Shown here: piece by piece, positions 1 to 12,400 of the stretch | How positions within the stretch are numbered: the stretch's first letter is position 1 | How the letters are laid out: each line of letters begins with the position of its first letter | DNA from: Owenia fusiformis | Taxonomy: Eukaryota | Direction of reading: 5' to 3' | Length of the DNA: 64,000 nt | Assembly (NCBI GenBank): GCA_903813345.2 | Contig: CAIIXF020000001.1 | Span: 14,756,001-14,820,000, forward strand | Notes under the pieces: generated by a model | What the model saw: only the letters and a program-made list of their open reading frames with translations | Database searches by the model: none | Told to the model about the DNA's origin: nothing | Position numbers and translations under genes: made by a program

Positions 1-101
1 CATTTTGATTTATAAATCTTTGTATAGTAATGATGATAACAGATATAAAGTTATGGGATATAAATGCAGAACTTTGTATGAAAAACTGCATTTGAAATAT
101 T

Positions 102-302
102 TATAAAATCACGTGACATGGTCCGATCAAAATGGCGATTGACAATGACATATAAAAAAGCAAGTGCGATCGAAGTACAAAATAAGAATTATTCAATTTA
201 TTGCGTTATTTTGACTTCGCAGATCAATTTGTGAAAGTAGCCAGTGAAGACTCAGTTAGTTTGAATGACCTTTTCAGCTGCAAGTTGAGCTCGCTGGTGT
301 AG
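102..302 (+). promoter_or_regulatory. Probable STARD3 promoter and non-coding first exon
   Basis: TATAAAA 102-108, TCACGTGAC 109-117 (CLEAR/MiT-TFE-type E-box), CAAAATGGCG 128-137 (YY1-like) and a donor AG|GTATGC at 302/303. The next strong acceptor (poly-T...TTTCAG) opens exon 3293-3455, which carries the ATG. Confidence 0.5.
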
Positions 303-519
303 GTATGCTCTTTTCTCTACAAATTTACATAATTTTCTTCAAATCTCAATCTGAAATTGATTGGAAATTGAAAATAATGAAAATCTTCAAAATGAAATTA
401 GACTTGAAAATCAAATAAGACACCACATGCAAAATATTTAAGCAAATATCATACCACATGTGCTGGAACCATGCACCATCCGAAATGCATAGTGATAGGG
501 ATACTGAATTATATAATCA

Positions 520-948
520 TTATCATAGGCGGAGGTTAGTACTATGATTTACTTCCTGCGAAAGATATGTGGATTTTGATATAATAGCTTTCTCACGGCG
601 CACTTGAACAGCTGAATAATAGGGCACTTCAGTCAGAGAGCTGAAGTGTAACGAACCAGATGAAAACAACATCCGGTCGTAACTGATTGAAAAGGGTAAT
701 CCCATTTCTGATACCACTGTAATGACCCATCGGGGAGTTGCAGTGTAACGAGCCAGATATTAGACTTGAAAGGGAGTGTGCTAAATCCAATGCCTGCCCA
801 GTATGGGAATCGAACCCAGGACCTTCCAATCTTGAGTCAGATACTCTACTACCCCTGAGCCATAAAGACTCTAGCCACTACAACTGAGGCTGTAGTAGCG
901 ACTTCCTTTCGAAGGTCATTACGTAATCACTGCAGGGTCCCTGGCAGT
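520..948 (-). mobile_element. tRNA-derived SINE-like element
   Basis: Minus strand 871-792 reads GAGTCTTTATGGCTCAGGGGTAGTAGAGTATCTGACTCAAGATTGGAAGGTCCTGGGTTCGATTCCCATACTGGGCAG, with a Pol III A box, a B box (GGTTCGATTCC) and a CAA anticodon-like loop but a poor acceptor stem. A ~270-bp body follows, ending in a TCATAG...CTATGA stem-loop near 523-547. Confidence 0.65.
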
Positions 949-1103
949 TGACAGATTTGGTTCAAATTTAATAGGCTTATGCCTTATTAAGGACCTCTTC
1001 TGGAAAAGGAATTTTCAATATGGCCACTCAATTTTAATTGACATCCATTTTTTGTAAAAAATGGAATCTTTGATAACTCAAATACATCGTTGACGAATTT
1101 GGT

Positions 1104-1222
1104 TCAAAGAATCGGTATCGATATGGTGAACTTTTTGAACACACGTTTCTCTTAAACCAGTCATGAAAAATTTCTGAAAATCTTACAAATTTTCAATTTA
1201 ATGGCAATCTTTTGAATGGTAA
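1104..1222. repeat. Dispersed repeat fragment (second copy ~8085-8203)
   Basis: GGTATCGATATGG(T/A)GAACTTTTTGAACACACGTTTCTCTTAAACCAGTCAT is shared by both loci. Confidence 0.75.
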
Positions 1223-1460
1223 CAAGATAATTTGAAATAGATATACATACTGTCATCTATATTGTTTTAAAAAACAGATCAAACACTAATTATTTTGTTC
1301 TTGGTATCATGTTTCCAGAGTGAAATGAAACATATTTCCGAACCTCATTGGAACAAAATGACATAAACACAACATGTTTAGGTCTCTCAATATTGTAATT
1401 GTACACTGAATGAAATTTTGGTTGATTTTAAAAAAGTATCTTGTTAATGGAATTAAAGGT

Positions 1461-1956
1461 TACTGTAAAACAGGTAATTTTGACACTGGGAAATTTTAGC
1501 GATTTTTCAATTTTAGGGGGTTTTAGCGCGGGAAATTTTAGCGAAATGAAGATTAATCTTTAAAAAATCAAATTAGAGAAATGCATTAGAAATTTTATCA
1601 TTTATGGCAGAAGAATGAATAACGGACATGACAGAGGAATTATCAAAATGTAAGACTTCTAACGCACATGGTATTGGTCCAAACTTCTGTAATCTCATCT
1701 GACTAATCACAAAATCACGAAAGATTGAAAGGAACATAAGATTTAAAAATATTTACCTTTTTCAAATTACAAACCGGAAGTCGAGCACTGAACGAAAAGC
1801 TCCTTAAATACAAGTATTCATGTAGTTTCCCGGGAATTTGCAAATTTTAGCGCCCGGTTTATTTTAACCCCGGTTTATTTTAGCGAATTGAATTTTTAGC
1901 GAAACTATAGCGATCGCTAACAATTACCCCTCGCTAACAATACCCGTTTTACAGTA
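1461..1956. mobile_element. Tc1/mariner-type MITE (copy 1), inserted in an older palindromic element (~1290-2150)
   Basis: TA|CTGTAAAAC...GTTTTACAG|TA termini and internal TTTTAGCG repeats. A near-identical inverted copy lies at 44558-45043. The flanks ~1340-1440 and ~2000-2100 are inverted repeats of each other. Confidence 0.85.
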
Positions 1957-3440
1957 TTCTTGATTTTTATCTATTTTGGGGGGATTTTGTTTTAATTTTT
2001 TGAATACTTTTTAAAATCAACCAAAAATTCCTTTGTATAACTATAATATTGATAGGTCTAAAATCATGTTGTATATGCTATTTTGTTCCAACAAGGTTCG
2101 GAAAGACATTTTATTTCATTCTCAAGAATTGGTAGAAAGGAGCAAAAACAATTGCACTAAAAAAAACAAAAAATGTTAACAAAAACAGTTATATATAATA
2201 AAATATTTCTAAATAATTTTCGCATTAAATTGTTGTCAATCAGTCAACATTACATAAAATACATGTACCATGTTTTTTACAGAATGTTTTCAATGATTGG
2301 GTTAAGAGAAAACATTGTTGAATTCAGTTCTCCATATCGATACCTATCCTTTTACACGTTCATGACTATAGGGACAATGCAGCTTTGGTCAAGTAGAGAT
2401 TTTCAAGATGGCCACTAAATTTCAAATTGGCTGTCATTTCTGCCATTTGTAATAACCAATACAATGCCACACATGTATTAAATATATATACAGCATGGTC
2501 ACATGGTGCTAAATAATGTAAGCCTATGTCATCATGTCGTAAGCTAACTGTACACCAGGCAAGACCTGAAATTTCATCACACCTTTTCATTCATTGGATC
2601 TTACCAGGCAATGTTTGATCTTGCCCTATCTTCCCTTGTGAGGTCCGATGAAAGAATGAACATGTCACTTCTTTACACCAGACCCCGAAGTGCATTCAAT
2701 CAAGAGACGATTTGTGATTTTTTCTAAATGGCTTCACAATGAAATTCAGATTGTGATATGATAAAATACTTAAATACTTGTACATGTACAGTATGTTGGT
2801 TAATATTTCACTGGGTCTGAGTAGGCTAAAACAGACCACCAGGCAAAGCTGGGCAAGATCTGATCTGCTGAATGGCTAACTTTACCTTAACATTAGCTGT
2901 TCAGCATTTTTGTTAAGATGAATCCAAAGTTATATTTGAAAGCAAACCATTTCACAAACAAGAAGCTAATGCAAATATAGTTCTGGCCACTTGTTCTGGC
3001 TATTATAAATTAATTGGAGTATGCCTGGCTTGACATGGAATTGAAATCTTCCTCAAAATATTTTTCCTCAAAAACATTCCTTTATTTATTCAGTTCAACC
3101 ACATTTGAAAGAACATTTCAATTAACTACAATGAACCAGGAAGGAAAATACATTTCATTAATTCAGAAAAATGTAACTGCTATAGTAGTATGACAAGATC
3201 AATGTCATAATGCTCTTTCTATTTTATCTGCCTGTATTTCAGACTAGCTGATGCATTACATTATCTATTGTATTCATTTTTTTTCTTTTCAGATTCATCC
3301 TCACTTAATTTGTTGGGTTATAGCAATCTAAGTTTATGAGATAACATCACCTTCAATCGACTTGACACTCCACTGCTTGTGCATGCTGACCAACACCTTG
3401 TGCTATCTCTGCGATACAATTTACCTTAAGTCAGGGGACT

Positions 3441-6400
3441 ATGTCAGTCAATAGGGTAAGATTTATTTCTAGGTAAAATTTCTTTTAAAGTGAGATTCAT
3501 TTTCAGGTGAAATTAATTTTTTAGGGTAAGATTTATTTTTTAAGGTAATGTTTGTTTTTTGTGCAGTGATTTCACATACACTGAAAAAAATACAGTATTA
3601 AGATGCATAAAAAAACTTTTTTTGATTTTGATAGGCTACATGCATTTGAAATTGTAAAATGTGTCAAACATAATAGTGCAATTACATAGTCACAGTATAT
3701 CAACCCCAAAGGTCAAGATGACTTCAATATCAGTTATCAGGTTGTTTTTTTTTATCAAAGACATGAATTAACGAATATTCATTTGTTGTTCACAGTGTAT
3801 TATTATCTTAACCTCAAAATACTCACAATCGCAACTAGTTGTCGAATTAATATAGTTTTCTATATCTTGTTCTACTTTGGGAAACATCAGTCAAATTCAC
3901 AATGATAGCATTACGTGTAAGTTTATTACTTTTGTTTATTAATATCTTAAGTATTGTGTCTATTGTTAAAGGAATGAGAAGAGATATAGGTAAAATAATG
4001 TTAAATGTTAAAAGCAGTGTTTTCAAAAATCATGCTAATATTTTATGTACATGTAAAATCCTAATTTTGTTTATTTCCTGAAAAATGAATCGAGGTGCAT
4101 GTATCTGATCAAATATACAGTTATTGAAGGTTTAGATGCAGAAATAAATTGTTAGAAACTAGTAGATTTGAGAAAAGGAATGCACAATTAAAATATCAAC
4201 ATGAGTGAGCAAAGCAAATGACTTTTCGATATTTGATATCATGAGAAATGATCTGATATTGGGTAAATTTCTTGATCACTATCAAAAAAAAAAATTCATT
4301 TATCGTACGAATGTGCAGCTGATAAACGAAAATTAATATACACTTAGTGTGCTAAATGTATAATAACATTAAAAAATAAATTTGATATCTATTGGCTAAA
4401 TGATTAACTGGAGGATATCGCTACGATATACTCCGGAAAACCAATATGTGGAGGATATTGTGACGATATCGTAGATAAAAACTATATTCTTCAAAATCAT
4501 AGGATATCCTATAAATATCACCTAGATCTCTATAATATCAGAAATATCACTGGCTGCTGCGATAACACAATAATTGTGAGATAATGTTCAATATTGTACA
4601 TTTTTCCCTTTTAGGCACCTAATGACATGGGTTCACGGAATGCTAAAGCGAGGGAGGCAGGAGAGATCTTATACAACAGTCTAAGCAACTCTAATAATTC
4701 AAGTTCAAGGTGAGTCTGAGCTGACATGGGAAGTAGGTGCTCTTGATTCTTCTATGCTGGCCTTAAAACTTGGACAAAAATTCTCCTTTAAAATCTGTCT
4801 TCAACAATTCAGTGAGTCTTAGACTTAATCCTTTATTCAATAATATTGAAATAAAATGAACAACATTTTTCAGGCTCGATGGAAGAAGTAATACGCGGAA
4901 TCTTGCAGAGTCTTCAATAGCTATAGAGGGTGGGATTGATGGACGTGTTTCCGCTGTCAGACGCACTTTCTGTCTCATCATCTTATTTGATTTATTGTTC
5001 TCATTTATACTTTGGGTGTTATATTCTCAGGTAAGACTGTAAATTTTAGTATATCTTCATGTAGTTATGCAAATCTACAAATTAAATAGGCCCGGTGCTG
5101 CATTTATGGAAACTAGAAACTAATCTTCTATTTTGACAGTAATATGTATATTTTGTTATACATTTTATTATACATGACTAGTCTTTTGAGGATATTAGAT
5201 TCTGGCAAAGCCCCTTTATTACTTCTGACAGGTTTCTTCTAGAAACTTTTTTTTTGGAGCCACAACATGGTTTGCTGATGCTGGTAAAATAAAGGAATTG
5301 AACTTTAATTGAGAGAAGATATTTTATAATTACTTTACCTAGAAAGCAAGTGAATGACATTATTTTAAGGTTTCTGTTCTCTAGTAATCCTTGGTATTCC
5401 AATATAGTCGTGTTATTTTAATAAAAATTATTGTAATTTTAGTTCACAAGTAAACCTCTGATGGTTGCTATCTATGAGCAGGTGGAAAAATACTCAATTA
5501 GAACATCACTCTTTGATACAGTGGTAAGTACTAATATAAAAGATAAAAAATAGAAAGTGTGATATTTTAATATTTTAGAATAGGTTTTAAGGTATAAATG
5601 TTGACAACACCTAATTGCAAAGAAACATTGGATTGCAAGGAAACATTTAAGAAATACAAAGATATAAAATGCTTACAGTTCAGGCACATGAAACATTAAA
5701 TAAAACTTTTTTTATAAGAAGTAATAGAAATGAGGAGAGATTGGCCAATCCATAGGTAATGAAATTTTGAAACGGCAAGGAAGAGTAAGTTTTTTACATT
5801 AGTACTAAGAGTGGAAAGGAAATGTTTCTTTGTTACATTTGTATATTAAAAGTAACAAGTGTCGCAATATCCTTTATATTATCATTTCAGTTGGCGGCAG
5901 CATCAAGGTTTACAATACTTATTCTGTCATATGCTCTCTTCAGATCCAGGAAGCCCTGGTTTGTTGCAGTAAGTAAAACCAGTAACTTCATATTTTATAT
6001 AACCTGGTTTTTGCCATACTATCCTAAACTTCATCTTGACCCTCTCCAACACACCTCACCTCCATGATCTGGAGTTGAACTAGTTATAGGGGTCCAAAGA
6101 CTTGATATAGTAGTTTAATATAATACTTTTCTGTGTCATAAATCCTATTTCAATCCGTCGTACTGGAGTCTCTCGCAAATAGCCCCATGGGTGTTTATTT
6201 GAAAGAGAGATTTGAAAGAGGTTTTCACGTTTTTCAGGGGCTTCTAAATAAACACCTAGGTGGTGAAATATTAGAGAAAGGATTCTTATGTTATTAAAAT
6301 GCCTAAAAACAACCTAATATTTACTAAGTGATTACTGCCATAATAAAAAGTACCAAACCTGTCTTGGTAAATTAAAAAAACAACACCATTCAATTGTTGA

Positions 6401-9400
6401 ATTTACAAATGTTTTTCAAATTGTAACACTAACAGCAAGAACAATTTGGTAAGCCTAACTATGTCAACATACATTGTGCTATCACTTAAGAGGCCAGGTC
6501 AAAATATCGATGTCCGTCAAAAAACGTAATTAATTAAGTTAGGTCTTGCCCTCCCCCCTTCTTAACGAAAGTCAAATTGTTGATGAGTTTTTTCTTATGA
6601 AATTTCCACTTATGATTTACTCAGTTTAATAGCTTTTCTATCACCATCCAAACTCCACCTGAATGCAGAAATTGCAAAAAACAAAACCCTTGGAAACTGA
6701 AAATCGATGTCCGTCATGTCACCTCATTAAATAGCATTTTACCCCTCCCCATTGTATTACGTTTTTTGATGAACAATATTCAGATATTTGCCTTTTCTCT
6801 TTGTCATGGAACCAGATCTTCAATCAGTAGAAATTTTTATTTTCTGCCCCACCCTCGGCTTTCTGTATGCCCTTTTAATGGTCTTAGATAACACATCATT
6901 GGAATTTGTTATCAACTCACCAATTTATTTTTGAGAAACATTAAGTTTTTACTTGTGTGACTGAGATTGTGCTGCACATGGCGGAAACACAAGCTCACTG
7001 GCTTGAAAATCAATTTCCCCCTTAATTAAAGCCCTAGCCTTGGAAAAACACTATTTCCCTCTTTAAAGGGAAAATGGGCATTCTTTTTGAGAGCTTCCAA
7101 ATAAACATCCATGCGAAGTAAACACCCTGTTGGCTTATTAGCGAGAAACTCTTATACAGAAACAAGTTGAAAGGAAGAAAGTACATTTTATATTATACTA
7201 CATTAAGTACAATATACATTATATACATTATACATATACACCCTAAAATCCATTATAAATATGGATTTTAGGGTGTCACACAAATGTTTATGCTTCATCC
7301 CTACATTTACAAACAACAAAAGTAAAAATGACAGTAATACATGAATTAAACTCTGAGTATTTTTAAAGCAGATATGAAATGGTATATTTAACCTAAAGGA
7401 ATCAATATACTTTTTTGATAAATGTAATGGACATATTTTCTCATCAGTAGTGTGAAAACTATTTCACTCTAACGATCGTTATAGCTGCTTAATAAGCAAT
7501 ATTCGAATTGGTTGTGACGTTATTGGCCCCCACGTGATCTCTCACTGGTCCCCACGTGATCTCTCACTGGTCCCCACGTGGCCTCCGTTTTGGTCCATTA
7601 GATCATGATGTCATAATGCCAAAATGTTTTGTTATTTGTTTACACTACAATCCTATGGTTGCCGTGACGTTGTGATTACTAAGGAACCAATAAACCAAAG
7701 CTATATTTTGTATATGACGTTACTAATCACGTGGGGGCCAATTTGACTGATCAGTTAGTTTTATTTCGTTATTTATGACCGTTAGCAGTTATCTAACATT
7801 TATTTTATAATGGCTATCGCAAGAACTCTATGTTGGGCTTACAATGGAGAAAACCGCATTTTTGTAGCTGCAAGTTGAGAAAAGCTATTTCAGTTGTCCT
7901 TTAAGGATGTATTAACAACATGATGGATGGGATTTTGGTCATATAATCAGTTGTAGAAATTTCCCACATTGCGCTGGTTTTGCAAGAATACAGCAAGTTG
8001 CTTGCAAGTTTTTTTAGTTTTCTAGAATTCCCTTTAATTTGCATATCTCCATTTTTGCTTTCTGTCATGACTCACAATATGTAATCAAAGGAGTGGTATC
8101 GATATGGAGAACTTTTTGAACACACGTTTCTCTTAAACCAGTCATAAAAAAATCTAAACATTTTACACATCATCAATTTAATGGTCATCTTTTGAATGGT
8201 TACATATATAGTACCATGTAATCCAAAATTGCCAAAATATATTTCACACCATTTTCAATTAAAAATACATATTACCCTGTGTAATGCCTTCTCATGGATT
8301 CTTATTATCAATAGGAATACCAAGCATTAGCAATGCTAAATTTAAAACAAATAAAACATTCTATGAGCAAGACCAATTTTAATGAACAACCAGGAAAAAA
8401 CCTTGAAAGATGAACAGGTAGTGCCCTCTATAGGATAAAATATTTTTGTATCATTTCTTGAGAGAAGTATAACAGTAATTTACTTCACTTAGCATAAATA
8501 GATGTCACTGTGTGTCAGATCAATAAAATGCATTCCTTGAACTCAAATGACCCTCAACATCAGCAGATCTTTTCTTGGCATCCTTACGATATGAGGCCAT
8601 TCAATATTAACCCTTCTAATCTGGTATTATTTAGTGTATACAGTAGCCATTTCTTTGTTTTGCAGATCACAACAGCATTAACATGCGGCTTCCTTGTTGC
8701 AAAAGCATTTCTATTTCAAGTAAGTTAGGAACTTTATGTATTTATTTTTCTTTGCTTATTTTTAGCAGTATTTGTATCATTGAAGATGTATATTTTATGA
8801 GCGTGGAAATTAATAATTAATTCAAGCCTCCCTTAGGCCATTATTCTATTACCAATGGTCTTTCCTTTGATCATACATTATTATGATATTTCAATTAACT
8901 TAAGAGTTTTTACCACAAAATAATATGCGGTAACAAAGGATACAATACATTAACAATGAGAAATAATGGATGAATGAATGGTACAGTTTTTTTCAATTAT
9001 TTACTATTTGAACAATGGAGCTATATACTCTATATAAATCAGTGCTGCATGTTGTAGCTCACATGTTTATCCTTAATACAAACAGTATAACTCTTTCAGT
9101 TTGATAAGCATAATGCCTTGGACTATATCGTGCTGATTGTCTCATTCCTTATAACCTGGATAGAGACCTGGTTCATGGACTTTAAAGTTCTGCCAAGGGA
9201 ACAGAAAGCAAGAGAGAGAGGTAAATTAAAAAATATTATAAATTATAGTATAATTGCTATTAATTGATAATGAGGGGAAAAGTTGAGATTTCTAGCATTA
9301 TAATTTTTATTTACTTATTTACTATTTATTAGGATATAATATACTTAAAATAGCAACATTACTAGGGTGCATCAACACACAATAGGTTAGATTGCACAAA

Positions 9401-12400
9401 TTTTAAATTGTTTGTCGAATACTTGTACATGAAAGTAACAGTACTTATGCCTCTAAAGTTCACTGGATGTTTACTATTGAAAATAAAATTCAAAACAAAT
9501 AAATTGGCATCCCTCCATTTTTTCTGCTCCAGCACAATGGAAAGAAGATCTTATTTCAAAAATGGAAGAAACACCTGATATGTGAATAAAAAATTTAGAT
9601 GTATGTTGATGAATTACTAATTGAAATTTGTGTTTTGGTATATTAATCAATATACAGTACTGTAATGTGATATGATGACAAAAGTCTGCATTTATAGTCA
9701 TTGGTGGCTTCCGTGTTTTTATTGCTGAAATAATTTTTTAAAGGTTTGACAAAAATATTGACAATTGAATAATTTCTTTTCTAACCGTTTACAACTTAAA
9801 TTGATTAACTTTCCACCTTGACATTTTTTCATATTATTTCAAATGAGTACTTATATTTTGAGCTAAATATTTTAAATGTTTGTTATTTATTTTCAAATAC
9901 AGGAAACATTATTCATTGAGGTCATAAATAGAGGTTTTTTAATGGGAGGGATGGAATATGAATTTTATTTTGATGGAAAATATCATATTGAACAAGGAAA
10001 ATATCATATTGACCTATAATCCTCTGCTGAATGATAGAAAAAAATGATTGAATCTGAGAAATATTAACGTTACATCAATTATTCCACTCTAACATACATT
10101 GAGAATTTAAGAGCAAGAAAAAAGATAATCCTTCAAAAAGTTGAAAAATGAAGATTATTTTTAAACCAAAAAGAAAAATATTTGAAAAAATCAGGTTTTG
10201 GAAAAAATGAAAATTTTTGAAAAAATTATTTTTTGAGACAAATGAAAAAATTTTGAATTTATCCAGGACGATATCCATATCATCCCTGATATCATCCCTC
10301 TAATCCTCATATCATCCCTGTCCCAAATATGTGACTTATCACTTGCTGTTATACATGTTATATACCTGATATTGCTCTGACCATGGTTAAGATAAAATAT
10401 GGACTTTTGTTAACTTATTTGTCATTGAATTGTTATTGAACCTTTCCTATTGAACGTTACAAAATATTTTTTTATGCAATTTACAACAATTTAAATAAAT
10501 AGAGGTTATTTAATGGGAGGGATGCAAATTTTATTCCGAGGGGAAATATGATATTGGCCAAGTAAAATATCAAATTGGCCGAGGGTGATAGCCCAAGTGT
10601 CAATATGATATTTCCTCGAGGCCAATTTCATATTTTCTCAAGGGCTTATTTATTTTTGTATGTCATCACCCAATGATTGTGACATAAAATGATACAATTT
10701 ATCATATAACATTTTCAACTTTTATTAACAAGTTTTAATTGAAAAGTATAAATGATTAATAACACTAGAGAAATTATCGGGAATAGTTCTGATATGGGAT
10801 TTTTGCTGCTATGGGATCCAATACAGGATTTTGGCTGATATGGGATTTGATACAGGATTTTTTGAATATCAATTTTAATCCTCCTTATTTTCACGGGGAA
10901 AACATATTATTATGGAATAATATAGAGTTATTTACTTTTATTTGTTTTTAACAGCTGAAAGTCTTCTGGGATCTTACCCTAACCACATAGTTGATGAGAG
11001 GACACCGTTACTAGGCAACAACATGTCACCTGGTCCACAAGATGACAACTTTATATCATTACCAGGTAGACAGCATTAACATATTTGTTCTTAAGTTTCT
11101 CTTTTATACAACCGTATGAAAAATGTACAGTGAAACTTGTAATGTGGAGCACCTCTGGAAGTGGAACACCTCTGTTAGTGAAACACTTTTCAGAATACCA
11201 AGACCAACTGACTCAATGTTAAATAAACTTCCTATAAGTGGAACACCTCCCAAGTGGAACACATTTTAGAATTTCCAAAGGTGTTCCACTTAGACAGGTT
11301 TTTCTGTAATACAAATATACTGTACTTACCACATATATTTGCATTTACATACTTGTTCATCTCAGGTTTCTCTCAGAGACTAACCATTTATATTTTGTTA
11401 CCAGTTAACATCGTAACTCACAGCATATTTAAAGATACTTATTGATCAGTACTCTAATGATATTATAATGTTTGAAGGATCTGATGATGAAGACAGTCAG
11501 ATATTTGGTTCACTTCCCACCACTAGGGGGCACAGCAGGTCCAACAGTCGCAGTAGCGCCATCTCCTGGCAACTTGGAGAAGAGGTATTTAGCAAAATTC
11601 CCGTAATATTTTGAACATTATATTGTACATGATCAGTAAAGAACAGTATTATTAATTTATTGTTTATTAATTATTCAGAATGGAGATGACCAAGGCCATG
11701 TGTGCATTTGATTAACATAAGATTTGGTATCTGCTTGGAGATTGTAGAGTATATAAATAATATTGTTAGTACCTCAGTTGAAATACTCGATTTTGATTGG
11801 TCAACGAGCGGTGAATAATTTTAACTGTACACCGTGCAATGCATTGCCGGTGAATAATATTCCCAGCATTCCACTAAAATGACGTCATTATCAGACGATA
11901 AAATGGCCGCCGCTAGCACTAGCCGTTTCAAAAATGTTGAAGATGAGGATATTATTGGTCTCTTAGAGAGTAAAGACAGTCAAAATACGAAGAAAAATCT
12001 AAAACTTTGTACAAAGCTTTTAGTGGACTTCGCCCAGGAGAGTAATTTGACTCCATTGAGTGAACTTACTGCCGATATGCTGAAATACAACATGAACGTC
12101 TCGAGGGTCTGGATCCAACTTCAAGTCAACTTCAAGGGTCAGAAAAATCTAAGATATTCTTCGGACTAACAAAAAAATTATAGACCTATCCAGAGGTTTA
12201 CTGTCAAAATTATATCCCGAGACTGTAAACCGAGACCGAGGTCAATAATTGTATACTGTATGTATCTCTATCATTCTCCAGGAGCAACAGTATTTGAAGG
12301 TGGCAAAGGAAGCTTCTGACACTGCCTGGAGATTATACCAAGCAACTGATGGTTGGAAGGAGGAAAATGTGAAGAATGATGAGGAAAAAATCTACACCAA

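Noticed and set aside
792-871. Functional tRNA-Leu(CAA) gene
   Set aside because: The acceptor stem does not pair, there is no long variable arm, and it is embedded in a SINE-like body.
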